Shown: one piece after another, positions 17,446 to 31,604 of the stretch | Position numbering within the stretch: the first letter of the stretch is position 1 | How the letters are laid out: every line of letters starts with the position of its first letter | Source: the human T2T-CHM13v2.0 reference genome, Homo sapiens | Reading direction: 5' to 3' (one strand) | Assembly (NCBI RefSeq): GCF_009914755.1 | Contig: NC_060945.1 | Length of the DNA: 64,000 nucleotides | Notes under the pieces: model-generated | Databases searched by the model: none | Seen by the model: only the letters and a program-made list of their open reading frames with translations | What the model was told of the DNA's origin: nothing | Made by a program: the position numbers and the translations under genes

Positions 17446-18556
17446 CAATTGATCATCAATATTTGCAGGTTTCATATTTGTGAATTTCCCTACTTGGTAA
17501 TAACCCCCAAATCTATACTTCATACATGCATTACAACACATGCATGTACAATGTGTTGAAAAATTTGAGATGCACAATGCACATGTTCGAACAAGGTGAT
17601 TCTCTGCCCTGCTTTCTGGTTTTAGCTCTCATGCAGTAAACAAGTGTCCTTATTGCAGTCTATCTGGGGCCACATTTATTTTTGCATTTTCATGGGATTT
17701 TGTTGTTTAAAATTGCCCTGATGCAAAGTGCTGAAGTGCTGTCTAGTGTTGCTAAGTGCAAGAAGCTGTGATGTGCCTTACAGAGAAAGTATGTGTGTTA
17801 GGTCAATTTCATTCAGACATAAGTGATAGAACTGTTGATTATGAATTTAAAGTTAATGAATCAACAATGCAGTATGCCCCAAAAATAGAGGAAATTCACT
17901 AATATGCACATCAGGCCACAAAAATGATAAATTAACACTTATGTATTGAAGCTATGGAAAAAAACTAAATTTGTGAATTCATAAGATGATGACCAATAGA
18001 AAAAGCATACGGAACAACATTGTTGCGTGGCTAAATGAAGGCCATAGAAAATTTATCATCACATTACACAGGGTCAGGAGAATGTTAAATTCTTCTGGGC
18101 TAGTGCTGGCTAACTCACAGATTTCAGAAAATGTTAAACTTGCATGAGATTCAGGTTCTGCAGATAAGGAGGCTCAAGAATTGAAAAATACCTGCTGTGT
18201 CTTACGCAGTAAAAGGGTCATGTGAAAGAATAGGTTCACAATGCTGATAAGACTGCTTGTTTTATGATGACATCAGCAAACAAACCTATGTAATGCAAAT
18301 GCCCTCTAAAGCCCAGGCTTTAAATCATTCAAAGGCCATGCAATGAATTATTTGTGAGAAATATGTATTAAATAAAGTGTCTTTAAACAGAAGCACACAT
18401 AAAACAAGGTTATGAATTGATTGTTTGACAAAAACATGACCAGCTACTGAAACCTAACCCTGTATTTTCCATAGAAGCAATGGTTCTATATTTGTTCATT
18501 CAGCATCTGCAATAACTTTTTAGTACATGACTACTACAACTAATGAGAATCAACTG
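17446..18556 (+). mobile_element. Tigger6a/MER82-family DNA transposon
   Basis: MER82-type arms (caattgatcatcaatatttgc; gtgctgaagtgctgtctagtgttgctaag; taatgagaatcaactg-TA) with ~500 bp of extra internal sequence. Confidence 0.8.
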
Positions 18557-18586
18557 TATATAAACATATATATTTTTGTATATGTG

Positions 18587-18983
18587 TGTTTTGGACTCAA
18601 TTGTTTTGCCAGCCCCCAACCAAATTCCTGTGTTGAAACCCTAATCCCCAGTAGGTCAGAATGAGACTGTATTTAGAGATATGAATTTAAAGACACAATT
18701 AAGTTAAAATGAGGCCCTTAGGATTGGCCCTAATCCAGTCTGACTGGTGTCCTTGTAAGAAGAGATTCTGACACACAAAAGAGACATCAGAGGGGCACAC
18801 ACATACAGAAATGACCATGTGAGGGTTGACCATCTGCAAGCCAGAGAGAGAGGCCTGAGAAGAACCCAACTCTGCCAGCACCTTGATCTTGAACTTCCAG
18901 CTTCAATGACTGTGAGAAAATAGATTGATTTTATTCACCTCGTCTGTGGTATTTTATTATGGCAGCCCTAGCAAACTAAGTCA
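18587..18983 (+). mobile_element. MLT1B LTR
   Basis: ggccctaatccagtctgactggtgtccttgtaagaagag and atggcagccctagcaaactaa. Confidence 0.85.
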
Positions 18984-20644
18984 ACATCAGGCACATCATG
19001 TTGGTGTCATTGAACAGCCATATGTTTTATGGTGGTGGTGTGAAATTTATGAGACACGATTAAATTTGTGTATATTTTGAAAAAGGAGCTAAGGGGATTT
19101 TCTGAAGAATTGGATATAGCTTATTAGATAAAAATGGAAGTTTGCATTCAGGAGAAAATGTATTCCTATTTTGTTCTTTCTTACTATTCACATGTTGCAC
19201 CATTTTTTTCCCAAAGAAAAACAACTAAGAAAGGAAAAAATCTTATGATGTGAGGATAAAAAGACTGACCACCCTAGTCCTATCACTGAAACATTTCCAG
19301 TGGAATCAGTAAAGGCATGATGTGTTTTAGGAAATACGATAGGGTTGTTTGTGACAATGTAAATGTAGTTGTTCAGGGTTCAATTTTAAAAAATTTAATT
19401 TTAAAACACTTAGTTTTGAAGAGTTAGAAATATTTGCAAGGAAAAATGGTTTCTTATTTTTTATTAATATTATTTTTCATGGTTCTCTAATAAGAAGAAA
19501 TCAAACTTAACTGCATAAACTATAATTAAATTCAAGAGTAAATGAGTAATGAATAAGTTTTAAGATCTAATGATATATTTACTCTACCCATGACACAATT
19601 ATCTGAAAGCAAATTGATTATTGGATATAAGGACTGTTTTAGGGAACAAAAGCGTTGAAAATAAATATGCAAACACTTTCTTTGTGTTGTGGATTAAACC
19701 TTACTGTTTTTAAAGTATTATAAAAGTTCAATAATAATTACATACTTAGAAAAATGTACTTTGAAAAGTAATTTCTGTGCATTTTATTTCTACCATTAGT
19801 GTTCAATTTCATTATTTGGATTAACATTTTAATGTAATAAAGATATATTTTTGCGAGATAGTATCTTGGGACAACTTTTAAGAGAAAGACATTTTCATAC
19901 ATTCAGTTTATACTTTTTTGTATTGAAATGCAATCTACATGTTTCACTTTAATAAGGAACCAAATAGAGTCTTAACTTTGCTTTTGTTTCCTTATCTCCA
20001 ATTTTCATTGTGGTTCTTATTTATATTAAGGGGATTATGTGGCTACTGTAAAATATTCTTTTCATAATAATTGTCCACATTCTAAGGCTGTATTCTTCTC
20101 TTCATGTTCATATATTTTGTATTTGTTTCATAGTATTCCATTTCTTTTATAGTGAGGAAAAAATCTGTTTGAAGTATCTAAGTCTCTAACCCTATGATTA
20201 CCTTGGCTAATTAACATTTTTAGCTGCAGAATAGTTGTTTTCTAACAAATTCTTCTTCCTTAATTCTTTTCATAAGTTACCAAGTATCTCTTACAGCTCC
20301 CAACAAGCCCTACATCTTGAAAATATTTAAATATTTTCAAGATCTTAAAATATTTAATTGATATTCAATGATATCAATTAGAATTTCTGATCAATGTTAT
20401 TTTGAGAAATAAGAGCTGCTTGATTTCATGTAGCTAAATGTTACTTTTATAATTTTTATTTTTTGTTTTTAATCTTTTATCTGAATTCAGACATCTACTT
20501 TTCACTCTTACAGCTAGCTTTATTTACTCCTTGTTTTTGCTCTTTTTCTGCCACAGATTAAGTTTTATTTCTGTTCTAGAAGGAGCTTGTTCTTGAAAGG
20601 CTTACTGTCTATTGAGTTATTATTCACTTCTGATATTTACATGT

Positions 20645-20880
20645 TTAATTAGCAACACTTTATAAATTACCTTCATAAATATTATTTTATTTGAACCTGA
20701 TTGATTTCATCCTGTGAAATGAATGGGAGATTATTATCTTCAATATGTAGATAAGGTGACTGAGGTTCAAAGAGATTCTATGACTTACTTTGGGCACACA
20801 GCTGATGGAAGTGGCACGGGTAGACTTAGGAATCACCCAGTGCTTCTCCCTTACAAGTCTTGGGCTCTTTCCACTACCAT
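20645..20880 (-). mobile_element. MIR (b/c)
   Basis: gtagataaggtgactgaggttcaaagag and gctctttccactaccat. Confidence 0.75.
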
Positions 20881-21229
20881 CCTATTACCTTTGCAGGCAA
20901 TTGAAGCTTAGGTATTCTGCAATAAGCAATACTTGCAAGATTATCAATCTTTAGTATAACCATGAATATAATTCTTAATAAATAATGCTATGTAAATTAA
21001 TGTAGGCATATGTGAAAGTGTTTTGTGAATTATGTCTATGCATACACAGCATATTAATATTTCGTCTGGCAAAATAGCACTAATGTAATTAGATATAATT
21101 AAGAAATACCTGATGCCTTCAAAATTATTTCGAGCCAGCATTTCTTTATTTTCTTATAAAATATAATTTTGGTTTATATCAATAAATCACACATACCTTA
21201 AAAAGATGTATTTCTACAAAGCTTATATA

Positions 21230-21680
21230 TTAAGTAGAATATAGGCTTACATTATTTTAACAAAGAATAAAGGGATGATGGATTAAACAAATCTCATGTC
21301 TCTCTCATGTAAAAGTGCAAGATGAGAACCTGTTGTGGTTGCATGGGACCGGGGAGGGAAGGGATAGATAGGGAAGCTCTGCCCCTTGAGGTCATCCAAG
21401 ATCCCAAATTTCTTCTACATTGTTGCTTCACCAAGCGTTTCCCTTGTCCGCCTAGTCAAAACTCGTCACTACAACCACAGTCCAACACAAGGGAAGGGAG
21501 GAAGAAGTCAAAGTTACCCGCAGTGGCACAAACCTCTTCTGCTCCACATCCAGGAGGCTGTTTCTTATTTGCATAGCTTTTCCTAGCTGCCATGCATTCA
21601 ATTAAATATTTAGGGATTCTGTTACTAAAAGAGTAGGATGAGAGAATGGGTATTGGTTGATGAATACCGTTATTTCCTAG
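21230..21680 (-). mobile_element. Old MaLR LTR (MLT1K-like)
   Basis: gctctgccccttgaggtcatccaagatcccaaatttcttctacattgttgc and cctagctgc motifs. Confidence 0.5.
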
Positions 21681-23382
21681 CCTGATCACTCAGATACAAA
21701 TGAGTCATTTATTTATTTTTTGATACATTTAAAACATACTTTTGGACATACAGTAATCCAAAGTATTTTTATATTACTTGACATAGCTCAAGGAATGTAT
21801 AATTCTCTCTTTTGGGCCAGTTAAATCTAATTGTTATCTGGCAACGTATACACTAAAAGGTGAGTTATTAATCACTCCTCCCCTGACTTACACACAATCA
21901 CTTGTATAGTGGGACAGGATACCACAAAGATACTTCTTTTCAGAAAAGCCAAGAATATTATACAAACTAAAGTCATTGGTTCATTAGAGTTATCAAATCC
22001 TGCTGAGCAGTCAGTGCTAGCTCTTCCTAAACTAACCATCATTATTCTGCCTTTGGGGAGTAACTATTTTGTTCTAGTTTTCTCCGTGGCTCCTGGATTT
22101 TCCATTTGGGAAGTTTTTGTTTGTTTGTTTGTTTTTTTCTATTATTCTCTATGGATTCCTGTTAGGTGAGTGTTAGAGTTGTCTTTTCCTTCTTCGGAAA
22201 AGACAAATTTCACAGTCCATTTCCTGCTAGTACAGATTTGGAGACCTAGAGATTGCTTTGAAAGTTTAAAAGACACAGGCTTTTTGAAAATTTCCCTTGT
22301 GGTTTCTTTGAAAAGACAATTTCCATCAAAATGTAATCGTTTCAGTCAGTTCCATGTGCAGGTAAGCACAAGCAGAGATTTTATTTAACCATAGATATTA
22401 ATTCTGAAATCTCGTGTTTATTTACTAGTCCTGTCCAGCTACCAACCCACAGCTGACATTACAGCTACCAGGAAAAGAATGACAAATTACAAAAATAACA
22501 TTTGTAAAGGTATAATACAACAGTAAGGACTCAATATCAGAGAGGGCAGAACCATTCTGAAGTGATCTGAAGATCACCAGCTGCTTAAAACTTCCTAGAG
22601 GCATTGGCCAATTCTGAATCAGGGCAGAGAACAAGCTCAATGCAAGCCGAGGCTATGATTAAGGAAAAAAAAATCAACAAAGCTGTTAGTTGTCATGGAA
22701 AGCTGACTGACAAGTTATAAACTTGAGAGGATTCTAACACATGGCTGAGTTCTGGGACTACTCAAGAGGTCAAGGAGCCAGATCAAAAGGGAAAACAAAA
22801 TTTTCTACAGATCTGTGAATATTAAGGAAAAAAAAATATCACCAAAGAGCGAGAGTGGCTTACTCAAGCACACAGCTAATCTCCCTCTGAATAGAAGTGC
22901 CAGGATTGAAGGTCAAGTGGCTAAGAGCTGACCTTGGAACCTGTGACAGTAGAGCTTGATCTTAAAATCTTTCAGGGTTGAAGAGAAGAGTACTTGGTAA
23001 AAACCATTTGTCAAAAGCCCAGGACACCATGACTGAGGAGTAGGAATTAATCAGATGTAAACAGAGGCTTAGCAAAACTATTACCAAATCCCAAAACTGT
23101 TCAGTCTCTAATTAGTTGTGATCATCAGTTCCTTCTTACATTTGTCTAACAAAGGAAATGGGCAACCCTCTCTAATGGAAGATAACATCATATGGAACCT
23201 CTGTGGTTCTTTCATGACAATTTCCAACATATAATAACCATTACTAGATATGTACAAAGGTAGGAAAATATGACTGACAATAAAGAGAAAGAAAAATGAT
23301 CCAAGCAGACCCATGGATGATCTAGATATTGGAGGTAACAAACAAGAACTTGAAATTAATTAAGAATGTATAATTATTTTAA

Positions 23383-24049
<667 letters not shown>

Positions 24050-24341
24050 GAGGCCAAGGCAGGAGGATGGCTTCAGCCCAGGAATTTGAGACCAGCCTGG
24101 GCAACACATGGAGACCCAATTTCTACAAAAATGTTTTTAAAAAATTAGCCAGGCATGGTGGCGCATGCCTGTAGTCCCAGCTACTCAGGAGGCTGAGGAG
24201 GGAGGGTCACTTAAGCCTTGGAGTTCCAGACAAGCCTGGGCAACAGAGCAATACCCCATCTCAAAATAAATAAATACATACATAAAATGTTAATAAAAAT
24301 TGAGGAAAAGTTGGAAAATAAATGAAGGATGTAGACTTTTA

Positions 24342-24650
<309 letters not shown>

Positions 24651-25161
24651 TTAATAGCAAACGGAGAAAATCATAAAATAGAAGATATTTCAATAGAAAA
24701 CATCAAAACAAAAGCATCTAGAGAGAAAAAGCTAAAAATGAAATAAAAATGACAAAAGAGATGTGTGTAACACACTCAAAAGATCAACTTAATGAAAGCT
24801 ACACTCTGAAACCATCTGAAACAGAGAACAGTCTTTTTAACTGATCTTTCCTCATGAGAACAAATTGCAATGTGACTGAGAGAGGCTTGGGAGTCCCATC
24901 TCATCTTTTGCTGTTTGAGATACAGGAGCTGGCTAGTTTTCTAAACTAAGTGAGGCCCCAAGTGAAGTTGTCTTCAGCCAATATAAATTGAAGGTAATGG
25001 GATGAAAGACATACATTTTAGCAAAGTTGTATTCTCTTTTGTCTCTCCTTTCAAATGAAGTAAGTCTTGCGAAATTTATTTCTTTGCGACCTCTTTTAAA
25101 GTAGCAACAAGCAGCCAAGAAGCACCACCATTTTGACTTTTTCCAATGTCCTTGACTAGAG

Positions 25162-25357
25162 CTGTGCTGTCTAATACGGTAAGCAGTAACTATCTGTGGT
25201 TACTTAGATGTAAATTATGAAAATTAAATGAAGTTTGATATTCAGTACCTCAGTTGCAGTAGTCACAGTTCAACTGCTCAATAGTATCAAACAGCACAGA
25301 TGTAAAAAAATTTCCACCATTTCCTATATTGATATAAGGTTCTATTAGATAGCAGTA
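25162..25357. mobile_element. MER3 (hAT-Charlie)
   Basis: TIR-like ends gtgctgtctaata and tattagatagcag; ttcagtacctcagttgcagtagtcaca. Confidence 0.7.
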
Positions 25358-26464
25358 ACCTAAAGTTATACACTCAATAATCATACAATTTTCCTTTTAA
25401 CTTTTACTGGATGCTTACCATGGCATAGTTACCAGTTTTTTCCAGCTTTTCAGCTGGAAATACTAAGTTAAGAGCTTTACTTTAGAATAACTGGCCAGGG
25501 GTGCATTGGTTTTGCTGGAATTTAACTATCAGAAACTACATATCATTCCTTGAAGGTCCATGTTGGAAGAGATGATTCTTTCATTTTTTTTCCTGGTATA
25601 ATAAGGATGGCTGCCACTTTTCTCAGAGCCTAGTAACAAGTGAGTTTGGTGGTGTGGAGGTCCACCAATCAGCATAAGGTGGTATTTAATTTCTCTATTT
25701 TCAGATGCCACCCAAGCCTTCCCTTCTGTACACTGTTTCTGAGTTTAGTGTCCTTTTAGTTCAGCCCTGCCATAGAGCAGTCCTCCATTTTTGAAAAAGA
25801 AGAGACTAGTGAGAGCTGATCACCAAAAAATCTAGTTGCTTTTCGCGCAGATTTTCAACTAGTTTCCCTATTTTCTATTTCACTTATTCTCTGTTTTCAG
25901 GGTTCACCCTGTCTCATTTTTGAGCCTTTTTTTGGCATGTAGTGTATGATGATTTCCTTTGGCTTTCTTTATGCTTTTGGATATTTAGATTTGAGGTTTC
26001 TTCTATATGTTGCCTTTCACCACTTGGCCACCTTCTTTTCAGCTTCATTATTTTATTAAAATTTCCTATTCGTTGCCTTCTTCTCTGGTATTTTCTTGTC
26101 CTCAAGGGGACCCTCAGTCTTTTTTTTTTAACCCTTTCACAGACATTTTAGAATTTTTAAAGGGAAAGGAGGTAAAAAAAAAATGTTTACTACTCCAGGT
26201 TGAACCAGGAATACTGCATTGTTTTATAACTGAGCTGTGAATAATAGGCATGTGAAAAATTTGTGTTGGTAGGAACTGATATGTACTATATAGTCAATAT
26301 ATTCTGGGAACTCACATTCTTTGAAATATAAATAATTCTATGCCATACTTGGTATTTTTCACATGAAAAAAACTGAAATTCCAATAGATTAAATCATATC
26401 CTGGAGGTGCAAGAGCTTAATAAGTAACAATCTGTTTATACTTGATTTTGTCATGCTTCCTTAT

Positions 26465-26730
26465 ATCATAATACAGTGTTTAAAGGCTCAAGAATTTGTG
26501 CCTGGGTTTGAATTCCAGTTGTACAACGCAATAGCTGCACTTAATTTCACATTCTACTTAATTTGTCTGTGTCTAACTTTTGTTTGTCTCTGTGTGTAGA
26601 ATATTGATAATATAACAGCAGTATCTACCTCATAGGATTATTGGAAGGATTAAATACATTAATATATGTAAAAGATTTTGAATAGTGCTTGACATACAGT
26701 AAGTTCTATAGATGTGTTAGTAATTTCTAA
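26465..26730 (+). mobile_element. MIR
   Basis: gcctgggtttgaattccag and tatctacctcataggattattggaaggattaaat. Confidence 0.8.
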
Positions 26731-28919
26731 TTGTATTACTTTGTGCTCCATCTATCCCAAGGAAGAAAAGATATTGCTTCTGCTTATAGATGGTCTTTTA
26801 AAGCTAGGAAATACGACATTAAAGGTGTGACGTCTACTTGCACTTTAAAAACTCTCGCCTTTCTAGAACTTTCTGTTACTAAAGCTTGAAAATGAAAGAA
26901 CTGTTACTGAGTGAGCTAATGAAAGAAAAACATGCTGATTTCTTCTACTTTTAAAGGGGAAATGGATGATGTAAGTTCTGAAGATAGATCTCTACGATTT
27001 TTTTTACATCCTCTAGATTACTTTTAGTGGTTTTTCCATACTATTTTCATTCTACTCATTCTAATTTCAAAAGTCCTTCTAATTTGTATATTTGAATTAG
27101 TATCCCTAGAAAACATTTTCTCCATAACCAAATTGATGTAGAACCATAGTTTTCAAAATGTTATTGCATGGGTCATAAAAAGTAGTTGTGGGGACTTTAA
27201 AACTATCTTGAAACAATCTTCTTGTTTCATATAAAAGCCAATCTTCTTGGCTTTTATATTTCAGATTAAATCCAAACCACTCATAGCTTGAGTACCATCA
27301 GCTGTTGGCAAAACTTAGCTTCTTGGTTCTATGTAAAAGTGAATCATTTTGTAAACACTCTGACAACCAAGATATAAATCCTTTGGTTTACACAGGTGAC
27401 CTCATGAATATTCTTTTCCACCCTTTGTGTGTGTTAGAGGGAGAAAATACCGCAGGCATTGAATATTGAAATTTTTTCTAATCATTGTAACTGGAAGGAG
27501 ACGCTGACAGATCCATTCTCTGGACATGTGTTTTAAAGTTAAGGAGGAAAAGACATGAAAAAATACCGTATAGGCTTTGCTGAAACCAAAGCATTTGGAG
27601 CACAGTTTAATACGTTTGCCAAATTTTAAATACAGCTGGGTTCTCCCACAGTTTCTTTAATTGGAAGCAGATTTCTGTGCTAATTCTGTAACGTGAAGAG
27701 AGCTCTAACAGTATTTCTTTCCTAAAAGTAGGGCATATATTTGCAGTGACCACTTCTAACATCAACAACTCCTTAAAAATATCCGACTTAGCAATTTTCA
27801 ATGCGACTTAGAAATTTTCAAGAGTTTTCAGTAGATTTATTACCTCATGTGGTTTTATATACTTAATAGTTAAGTGTATAAATAATTAAAATTATTTAAT
27901 AACTGATAATTAAGTTCACTGGGTATTTTGTTTTTAGAAAAAAGTGGATCGTATCTAAAGAATTAAAAATATGGAAATGTTCATATTGTAAAGTAAAAGT
28001 CCACATTCTGCTTGAATGTGAAAGACAAAACGTTTGTTTCTTTCATAAGTTTAAAAAATTTACCAAGTTCTTAACATTTTAATATGATAAAATTTAGTGG
28101 AAAAGGCTAAATTGAAACAAAAATGTATTTATATTATATACTACATATATTCCATTCAAAACTACAATACTAGTTTCTGAGTCACCAAATGTGGAAATTA
28201 ATGTCAATATGATGAAAATACAATTTTGGAAAATTTATCTGTTTTTAATACCTATATATTCACTTTAACACTCAATATATTACATTTTTAATAAGCACTA
28301 ATGATATTAATAGTAATTTGAAAGAAACATATTACAAAGTTTTATAAAGAAAGCATTAAAATAGGTTTTTGGAAGATTAACCTTGAGGCATTATTTCAGT
28401 CTGCTTTCCAATTACATATTGGAAAGAGGGGTACAGCATCTACTTTTTAATGCTGCTCTTACTTTGGTAAGAATCTAGGTAGTGGGTAAAAAATAAAATC
28501 ATTTGAAATAGTTTTTTATTTATTGAACATTTTTTAGGCTGTACCTATAAAATATCTTTATAGCAATAAATACTTTTATAGCAATAATCTACACCAGATG
28601 TGTTCATCATGACTTTTTAAACTTTCTACCCTTTCAAAATTACATATCTGGTTTTTGTTGACAGTACTATTATAACTTAGAGAATTTACCTGATTTTAAT
28701 AGCACAGCAAAAGAGCTGTTTTAGGAGAATGAGCATAATTGAAATATAGGCATTTGCTAAGGAGAGTCTATAAAGACCATTTTCATTAAGACACAAAAAG
28801 ATTCCCCAAATATTAGTGTAAGCTCTAAAAATTGTGCCAGCAGTGTACCCTGAGAAGGCAGTTATTTCCTTATTATTATGCAGGCACCTAAATAAAAGGT
28901 CGATGTATGTATCAGTTTT

Positions 28920-30575
28920 TTCCACAAGATCTTTATTGCTTTCTCTTGGTCTTTGTACTGTTCCCTTTGCTAATACTGCGGTATCTTAATATTAATCTAT
29001 TTTATTGTAAGCTTTGATATCAGTTGAGCTAGCCCTCCCATTTTTATTTGCATGCAAGCGTACTTAGCTATTCATGGCTCTTTCAATTTCATTTCCATTT
29101 TAGAATCAGCTGTATAGTCAAAAATTCTGTTGTGATGTTGGTTGGTATTGCACTGAGTCTGTAGATCAATTTGTGAAGGACTGACATATCTATATTGCCA
29201 TTCATGAACATGATATATATCTCCACTTGCATCATTAATTTCTCTCCATAAACTTTTAGAATTGGTGCATATCTTTTCTTTGATTTTTTCCTTGTTGCCT
29301 AATTTTTGTACACTATGATAAGTTGTACCTTATATTTTGTTACTGATGTTTAAAAATAAAATTGATTATGGTATACTGGTTTTATAAAAAATGGCCTTGC
29401 TAAACTCTTATTAATTCCATCAATTTGTAGATTATTTCTATTTTCTATTTCAAAAAGCTACATCATCTGCAAATATTGACAGCTATCAATACTGACATGT
29501 TGAATAAAAATGGTGGCATGAATATCTTTGTCTTGTGCTTAATGTCTTACCATTGCAGATTTAGCATTAAGTAATTGCAGAAAATTCCTTTTGTAGCTAC
29601 CCTTTGTTATATGGAAGAATGTGCCCATTTGTTTCTAGTTTGTTGAGTTTTTAAAAAATCATAAATGGATGTCGAATTTCAGTAATAGCTCTTCCCTTTA
29701 AAATGTTTACGTGGCAAATTTTATTGATTGATTTTTCAACATAAGCCAAATGTATTGGTGAATGTAGTAACTCATTGCTTTTTTTAACTAGAATTTTCCC
29801 CATTATGAGTGAGGTTGAGTATCTTTCTTTTAGTGTGCTTATTGGCTATTTGGATATCCAGTTTGTAAAATGCCTGTTCAAGTCCCCTCTCCCTTTTTAC
29901 AAAATCAGGTTGCCTGACCTTCTCGTATTGATTTATAGATGCTCATTATATATTCCTGATATAAGCCCTTGTTAGTTATTCGAGTTACAAATATCTTCTC
30001 CCTCACAGCAGGCTTGACTTTTCACTTTGTTAAGGATGCCTTCTGGAAAATGTTACTTAATTTTAATGTGATGAAGTTGCTCAATTTTTAAATTAATGGT
30101 TTTTCTGGTAATGTTTAAGAAGTTTTTTCTTTCTTTCTTTCTTTTTTTTTTTTAGACGAGTCTCACTCTGTCGCCCCCAGGCTGGAGTGCAGTGGCCTGA
30201 TCCTGGCTCACTGCAACCCTCTGCCTCCCAGGTTCAGGTGATTCTCCTGCCTCAGCCTCCAAAGTAGCTGGGATTACAGGCGCCCGCTACCACTCCTGGC
30301 TAATTTTTGTATTTTTTGTAGAGGCGAGTTTTCACCATCTGGCCAGGCTGATCTTGAACTCCTGACCTCAAGTGATCCACCTGCCTCGGCCTCCCAAAAT
30401 GCTGGGATTACAGGCGTGAGCCACCTCGCCCGGCTGAGGTCTTTTCTTACTCTGAGGTCCTATTGATTCTCTTCTATATCTTTTAGAACATTTACTGTTC
30501 TTCCTTTTAAATTTACATATATAATCAGTCTGGAATTCATCTATATGGTATGAAATGGAAATATTTAATTTCATA
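28920..30575 (-). mobile_element. Old L1ME ORF2 fragments
   Basis: ggtattgcactgagtctgtagatcaattt, catcatctgcaaat, tgcctgttcaagtc. Confidence 0.65.
30122..30435 (-). mobile_element. AluSz
   Basis: cctgacctcaagtgatcc; flanks gaagttttttctt and gaggtcttttctt. Confidence 0.92.
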
Positions 30576-31060
30576 CATATGTATATTATATATGTATATA
30601 AATTATAAATATACATATATATGTAAATTATATATAAAGCATAATTTCCATTTTATTTTTTTCCAGAGGATTGTTTTTCTTTAATCCTTAAGGATTCAGC
30701 TCCTTACAAGGGTTTTGTTGGAGGTCATGGGGCAGCACCAGGAGGTCTAAATCATGGTGGGTGCATTCAGTACTTCATGAGATCCATTCTCAACTAACAT
30801 GCTGTGAATGGCACAACTCAGGCATTAACGTAGCTTCACATATACCTTGGGAAGCACGCAGGAGTCGAAGACACTCCCTTTGGAAATGTCTGATAGCTGC
30901 AGCCTCTTCTGTTTTGAATGACGAACTTCTTAGTAGCCTTGTCCTTGGGCATACATTGGGCACAGTGTCTGCAGCAAATAGGCTGCATGTGGCTGTGCCT
31001 CTTTTTGGCATGACATGGTTCCTTCTTTTCTTTGTCATCTTGAAAGCAAGAACCTGAGAC
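30576..31060 (-). pseudogene. RPS26P5: RPS26 processed pseudogene (probably RPS26P5); CDS remnant 31038 to 30704
   Basis: ATG at 31038 gives MTKKRRN; an alternative frame gives HMQPICCRHCAQCMPKDKATKKFVIQN (RPS26 [27 protein letters not shown]). Intronless, with stop, 3'UTR and AATAAA (tttatt 30652-30657). 10-bp TSD taatttcata at 30566-30575 and 31061-31070. Several frameshifts. The pseudogene number is from memory. Confidence 0.93.
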
Positions 31061-31156
31061 TAATTTCATATTTTTTTTTGTAAATTACATAAAACACCTT
31101 TATTATTGTTTTACAAGGTCAGTGTTTAATTACATTTATCCACATTTCCATCCCCC

Positions 31157-31345
31157 TTTCTTTTCTTTTCTTTTTTTCCTTTTGAACTTTTATTTTAGAT
31201 TCAGGGAGTGCCTGTGCAGATTAGTCACATGGGTAGATTCTGTGTCTCTGGGGTTTGGTGGACAGATTACTTCCTCACCCAGGTAAGGAACATAGTCCTG
31301 ATGGGCAGTTTTTTTTTTTTTAATTCTCACCTTCATCCCTTTTCT
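31157..31345 (-). mobile_element. L1PA15/16- or L1PB-type 3' end fragment
   Basis: aacttttattttagattcaggg...cacccaggtaagg. Confidence 0.75.
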
Positions 31346-31398
31346 TGTGCTCCCTTTCCCTTTGCCTCTCTTGAGCTTCCGTTTGGGCTTCAGGATTA

Positions 31399-31603
31399 CA
31401 TTCATCCTTGCTACTGGTGGGGCACTGGTTCCAGGAACACCACTCCCCTCTCTCCCACGTGGATACCCAAATCCCAGCATAATCAAATCGTGTAGTTGAG
31501 GAACCCTGGAATATCGATAAGAGGAACAACTGTGTTTATTGCAAAAAAATCTGCCTATAAGTGGACCGCACAGTTCAAACTTCTGCTGTTGAAGAGTCGG
31601 CTG
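31399..31603 (+). mobile_element. MER8 (Tigger family MITE)
   Basis: ctggttccagga and tataagtggaccgcacagttcaaac...gtcggctg, flanked by TA. Confidence 0.75.
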
Positions 31604-31604
31604 T

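Larger units (their letters stand above)
16850..19160 (-). mobile_element. L2a, split by Tigger6 and MLT1B
   Basis: 3' end ttattcaacaaatatttactgag at ~16860; resumes at ~19030 with atattttgaaaaaggagctaaggggattttctga. Confidence 0.7.

Noticed and set aside
16897-17577. 226-aa minus-strand ORF
   Set aside because: It spans L2 and Tigger6 sequence with no recognisable domain; a chance ORF.
30790-31038. Functional RPS26 retrogene
   Set aside because: Frameshift after ~8 codons and further indels; RPS26 similarity is split across frames.
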